Shown piece after piece: positions 61,800 through 64,000 of a stretch of 64,000 nt of DNA. How positions within the stretch are numbered: the stretch's first letter is position 1; each line of letters begins with the position of its first letter. The notes under the pieces are model-generated. The model did not search any database. It saw nothing but the letters and a program-made list of their open reading frames with translations, and was not told the DNA's origin. The DNA is from an uncultured delta proteobacterium (lineage in GTDB: Bacteria; Desulfobacterota; Desulfuromonadia; Geobacterales; DSM-12255): assembly GCA_963787125.1 (NCBI GenBank), contig CAWBBV010000007.1:224001-288000 (forward strand). The letters are read 5' to 3'. The position numbers and the translations under genes are program-made.

Positions 61800-64000
61800 A
61801 TGAACAGTAAATTTGCAAAATGGGGCTTGTCACAACTGCTGATGTTAGTGATGCTCGTCGCAGCCGGTTCGGCATTTGCCGCCGCTGGTGATTCACTGCT
61901 TCACAACAGTAACAATCTCGGTACCAAGTATGGGACATGGGGCGTTACTGGTGGAACATACGGTCAATTTTCCTGTGCCACCTGCCATAACAAGACGACT
62001 AACAACGTCAAGCGGGTCGAAGGCTCGATACTTACCAAGTCGGTCACATTTAACAATATGACCGGATTTGGTGATGACTCGATCAGTCGCAGCACTTCAT
62101 TCCGGGTCTGCGAAGTCTGTCACACCCAGACAAAATATCACCAGTACAATAACACCGCTCAGTCTGGCGGCTTGACGCACCCTAACGGCGATTGTACTTC
62201 CTGCCACAAGCATAGCGATGCCTTCAGACCTTCTGCCTGCGATAGCTGCCATGGTCACAATGCTGCCAGCTCAAACCCGATAGTTACCGGACAGCATGCC
62301 GCGCATACTAATAACGTTGCAACCCTTGGCGTTAATTTCAGCTGCGCTGCCTGTCACGCTCCAACTGTCAGTGACGACACGACATTCAGTAATGCAGCCA
62401 ATCATAATAACGGTGTGAAAAACTACGGCGGCACCAACGCCGGTGCTTACACTGCCGGAACCGGCAACTGTACGGCAACCTGCCACACAGATGGCAAAGG
62501 TGGTGTTCCGGCAACTGCTGTCAACTGGAATGCCGGCCCTGCACTTGATTGCAAAGGCTGCCACGGCGGCGGTACCAGTCAGGCCGGTGAACCTGTTTAT
62601 ACCAGTGGCGCAGCCGGCAGCGCCACAGCAAATACCCACCCGAAGCATGTCGGCACAACCGGCGCCAATGCAACCTGTCAAAACTGCCACGGCGCAACCA
62701 TGAGCGGTACCGGTTTGAATGCCAGCGGCAAGCATGCAGATATGACTATCGATGTTGTCCAGGGTAACAGCAAAACATTTACCTACACAGTCGGCACCAA
62801 GACCTGTTCAACATCATCCTGCCACGGCGGTAATGGTATCTTTACTCCAGCAGCAGCCCAGTGGGGCGCCACCCTTAACTGTAACGGTTGCCACGGCGGC
62901 CCTGCAGCTCTCGGCAGCAACATCCTTGCCAGCGGCAAGCACACAGCACATATCAACAACGGCAACCTCGGAGCATTCGGCTGCGTTGAATGTCACGCCA
63001 AGACAGTATCAAGCGATACCGTCATTGGTACACCGGCAATGCACCTTAACAACATCATGAACTACTCCGGCGCCAAAGCCGGTAAGTCAAGCACCTACGC
63101 AGCAGGCAACTGTTCCGCCACCTACTGTCATACTGATGGTAAAGGGACAGCGAAGAGCATGGCTGCCAATCTCTGGACCGGTGCAACCACCCTTGACTGC
63201 AAAGGTTGCCACGGTTCCGACGCCTCCCCGGCCTTCACCAGCGTCGCTGGCGAGCCAAACTACACCAACGCCGGTGCCAACCTGGCTAAATCCAACAGCC
63301 ACCAGAAGCACACCACAGCCGGTGCCAGCAGCTGCGTAAGCTGCCATGGAACCACCGTTGACGCAGCCGGAGCCATTCTTGCCGGCGGCATCCACATTGA
63401 CAAGGCAATCACCGTAGTCCAAGGCGGAACCGCAACCCTGACCTACGGCGCCAACAAAACCTGTTCAACCAGCAGCTGCCACAGCGGCGGCGGCATCGTA
63501 GCATCAGTGGCAGCAGCCCAGTGGGGCGCCACCCTTAACTGTAACGGTTGCCACGGCGGCCCTGCAGCTCTCGGCAGCAACATCCTTGCCAGCGGCAAGC
63601 ACACAGCACATATCAACAACGGCAATCTCGGAGCATTCGGCTGCGTTGAATGTCACGCCAAGACAGTATCAAGCGATACCGTCATTGGTACACCGGCAAT
63701 GCACCTTAACAACATCATGAACTACTCCGGCGCCAAAGCCGGTAAGTCAAGCACCTACGCAGCAGGCAACTGTTCCGCCACCTACTGTCATACTGATGGT
63801 AAAGGGACAGCGAAGAGCATGGCTGCCAATCTCTGGACCGGTGCAACCACCCTTGACTGCAAAGGTTGCCACGGTTCCGACGCCTCCCCGGCCTTCACCA
63901 GCGTCGCTGGCGAGCCAAACTACACCAACGCCGGTGCCAACCTGGCTAAATCCAACAGCCACCAGAAGCACACCACAGCCGGTGCCAGCAGCTGCGTAAG
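61800..64000 (+). CDS. Giant extracellular multiheme cytochrome with CxxCH/CxxxxCH motifs (partial, runs off window end)
   Basis: Not in the ORF track. GGAGG RBS, ATG 61800, signal peptide ending SAFA; manual count of 14 CxxCH, 1 CxxxCH and 4 CxxxxCH within the window. Confidence 0.9.
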   Translation, partial: MNSKFAKWGLSQLLMLVMLVAAGSAFAAAGDSLLHNSNNLGTKYGTWGVTGGTYGQFSCATCHNKTTNNVKRVEGSILTKSVTFNNMTGFGDDSISRSTSFRVCEVCHTQTKYHQYNNTAQSGGLTHPNGDCTSCHKHSDAFRPSACDSCHGHNAASSNPIVTGQHAAHTNNVATLGVNFSCAACHAPTVSDDTTFSNAANHNNGVKNYGGTNAGAYTAGTGNCTATCHTDGKGGVPATAVNWNAGPALDCKGCHGGGTSQAGEPVYTSGAAGSATANTHPKHVGTTGANATCQNCHGATMSGTGLNASGKHADMTIDVVQGNSKTFTYTVGTKTCSTSSCHGGNGIFTPAAAQWGATLNCNGCHGGPAALGSNILASGKHTAHINNGNLGAFGCVECHAKTVSSDTVIGTPAMHLNNIMNYSGAKAGKSSTYAAGNCSATYCHTDGKGTAKSMAANLWTGATTLDCKGCHGSDASPAFTSVAGEPNYTNAGANLAKSNSHQKHTTAGASSCVSCHGTTVDAAGAILAGGIHIDKAITVVQGGTATLTYGANKTCSTSSCHSGGGIVASVAAAQWGATLNCNGCHGGPAALGSNILASGKHTAHINNGNLGAFGCVECHAKTVSSDTVIGTPAMHLNNIMNYSGAKAGKSSTYAAGNCSATYCHTDGKGTAKSMAANLWTGATTLDCKGCHGSDASPAFTSVAGEPNYTNAGANLAKSNSHQKHTTAGASSCV
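62850..64000 (+). repeat. 660-bp in-frame tandem repeat (220 aa, 6 heme motifs per unit)
   Basis: 62850 onward matches 63510 onward; one synonymous difference noticed (62966 C vs 63626 T). Confidence 0.93.

Noticed and set aside
62850..64000. Diversity-generating retroelement TR/VR pair
   Set aside because: The repeat is an in-frame tandem domain duplication with a single C/T difference, not adenine-specific variation, and there is no reverse transcriptase.

Overview
This window looks like a Geobacteraceae (Geobacter-like) chromosome segment. The core block runs thiC, thiDE (with a TPP riboswitch), alr, selD (selenocysteine UGA plus SECIS), purH, purD, purE, ppcA, resB, resC, an octaheme cytochrome, an NHL lipoprotein, an omcE-like tetraheme cytochrome, a beta-barrel and wzm. 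It continues with tRNA-Thr, asnS, pgeF, rluD and a Do-family protease. Two glycan-biosynthesis regions flank it. The left one (1-6.1 kb, visibly AT-rich) holds a sulfotransferase-GT2 fusion, a stand-alone RapZ C-terminal domain, a methyltransferase, wzt, a radical SAM enzyme and a secreted fibre-like protein. The right one (36.8-59.4 kb) holds cysD-cysNC, many glycosyltransferases and methyltransferases, a radical SAM/SPASM pair and wecB. The window ends with sucDC and the start of a giant repetitive multiheme cytochrome. The most striking observation is that the head of each glycan region carries the same cassette architecture built from divergent proteins: MNT, HEPN, then a GxxExxY PD-(D/E)XK nuclease-like gene. 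Each cassette has its own family of triple-motif palindromic repeats (16.5 units in the left copy). Each is bracketed by duplications of the downstream gene's promoter or 5' end, and no transposase or integrase is present. Several single-base frameshifts (sucD, wecB, one methyltransferase) suggest sequencing indels. All calls come from reading motifs by eye; no database searches were run.
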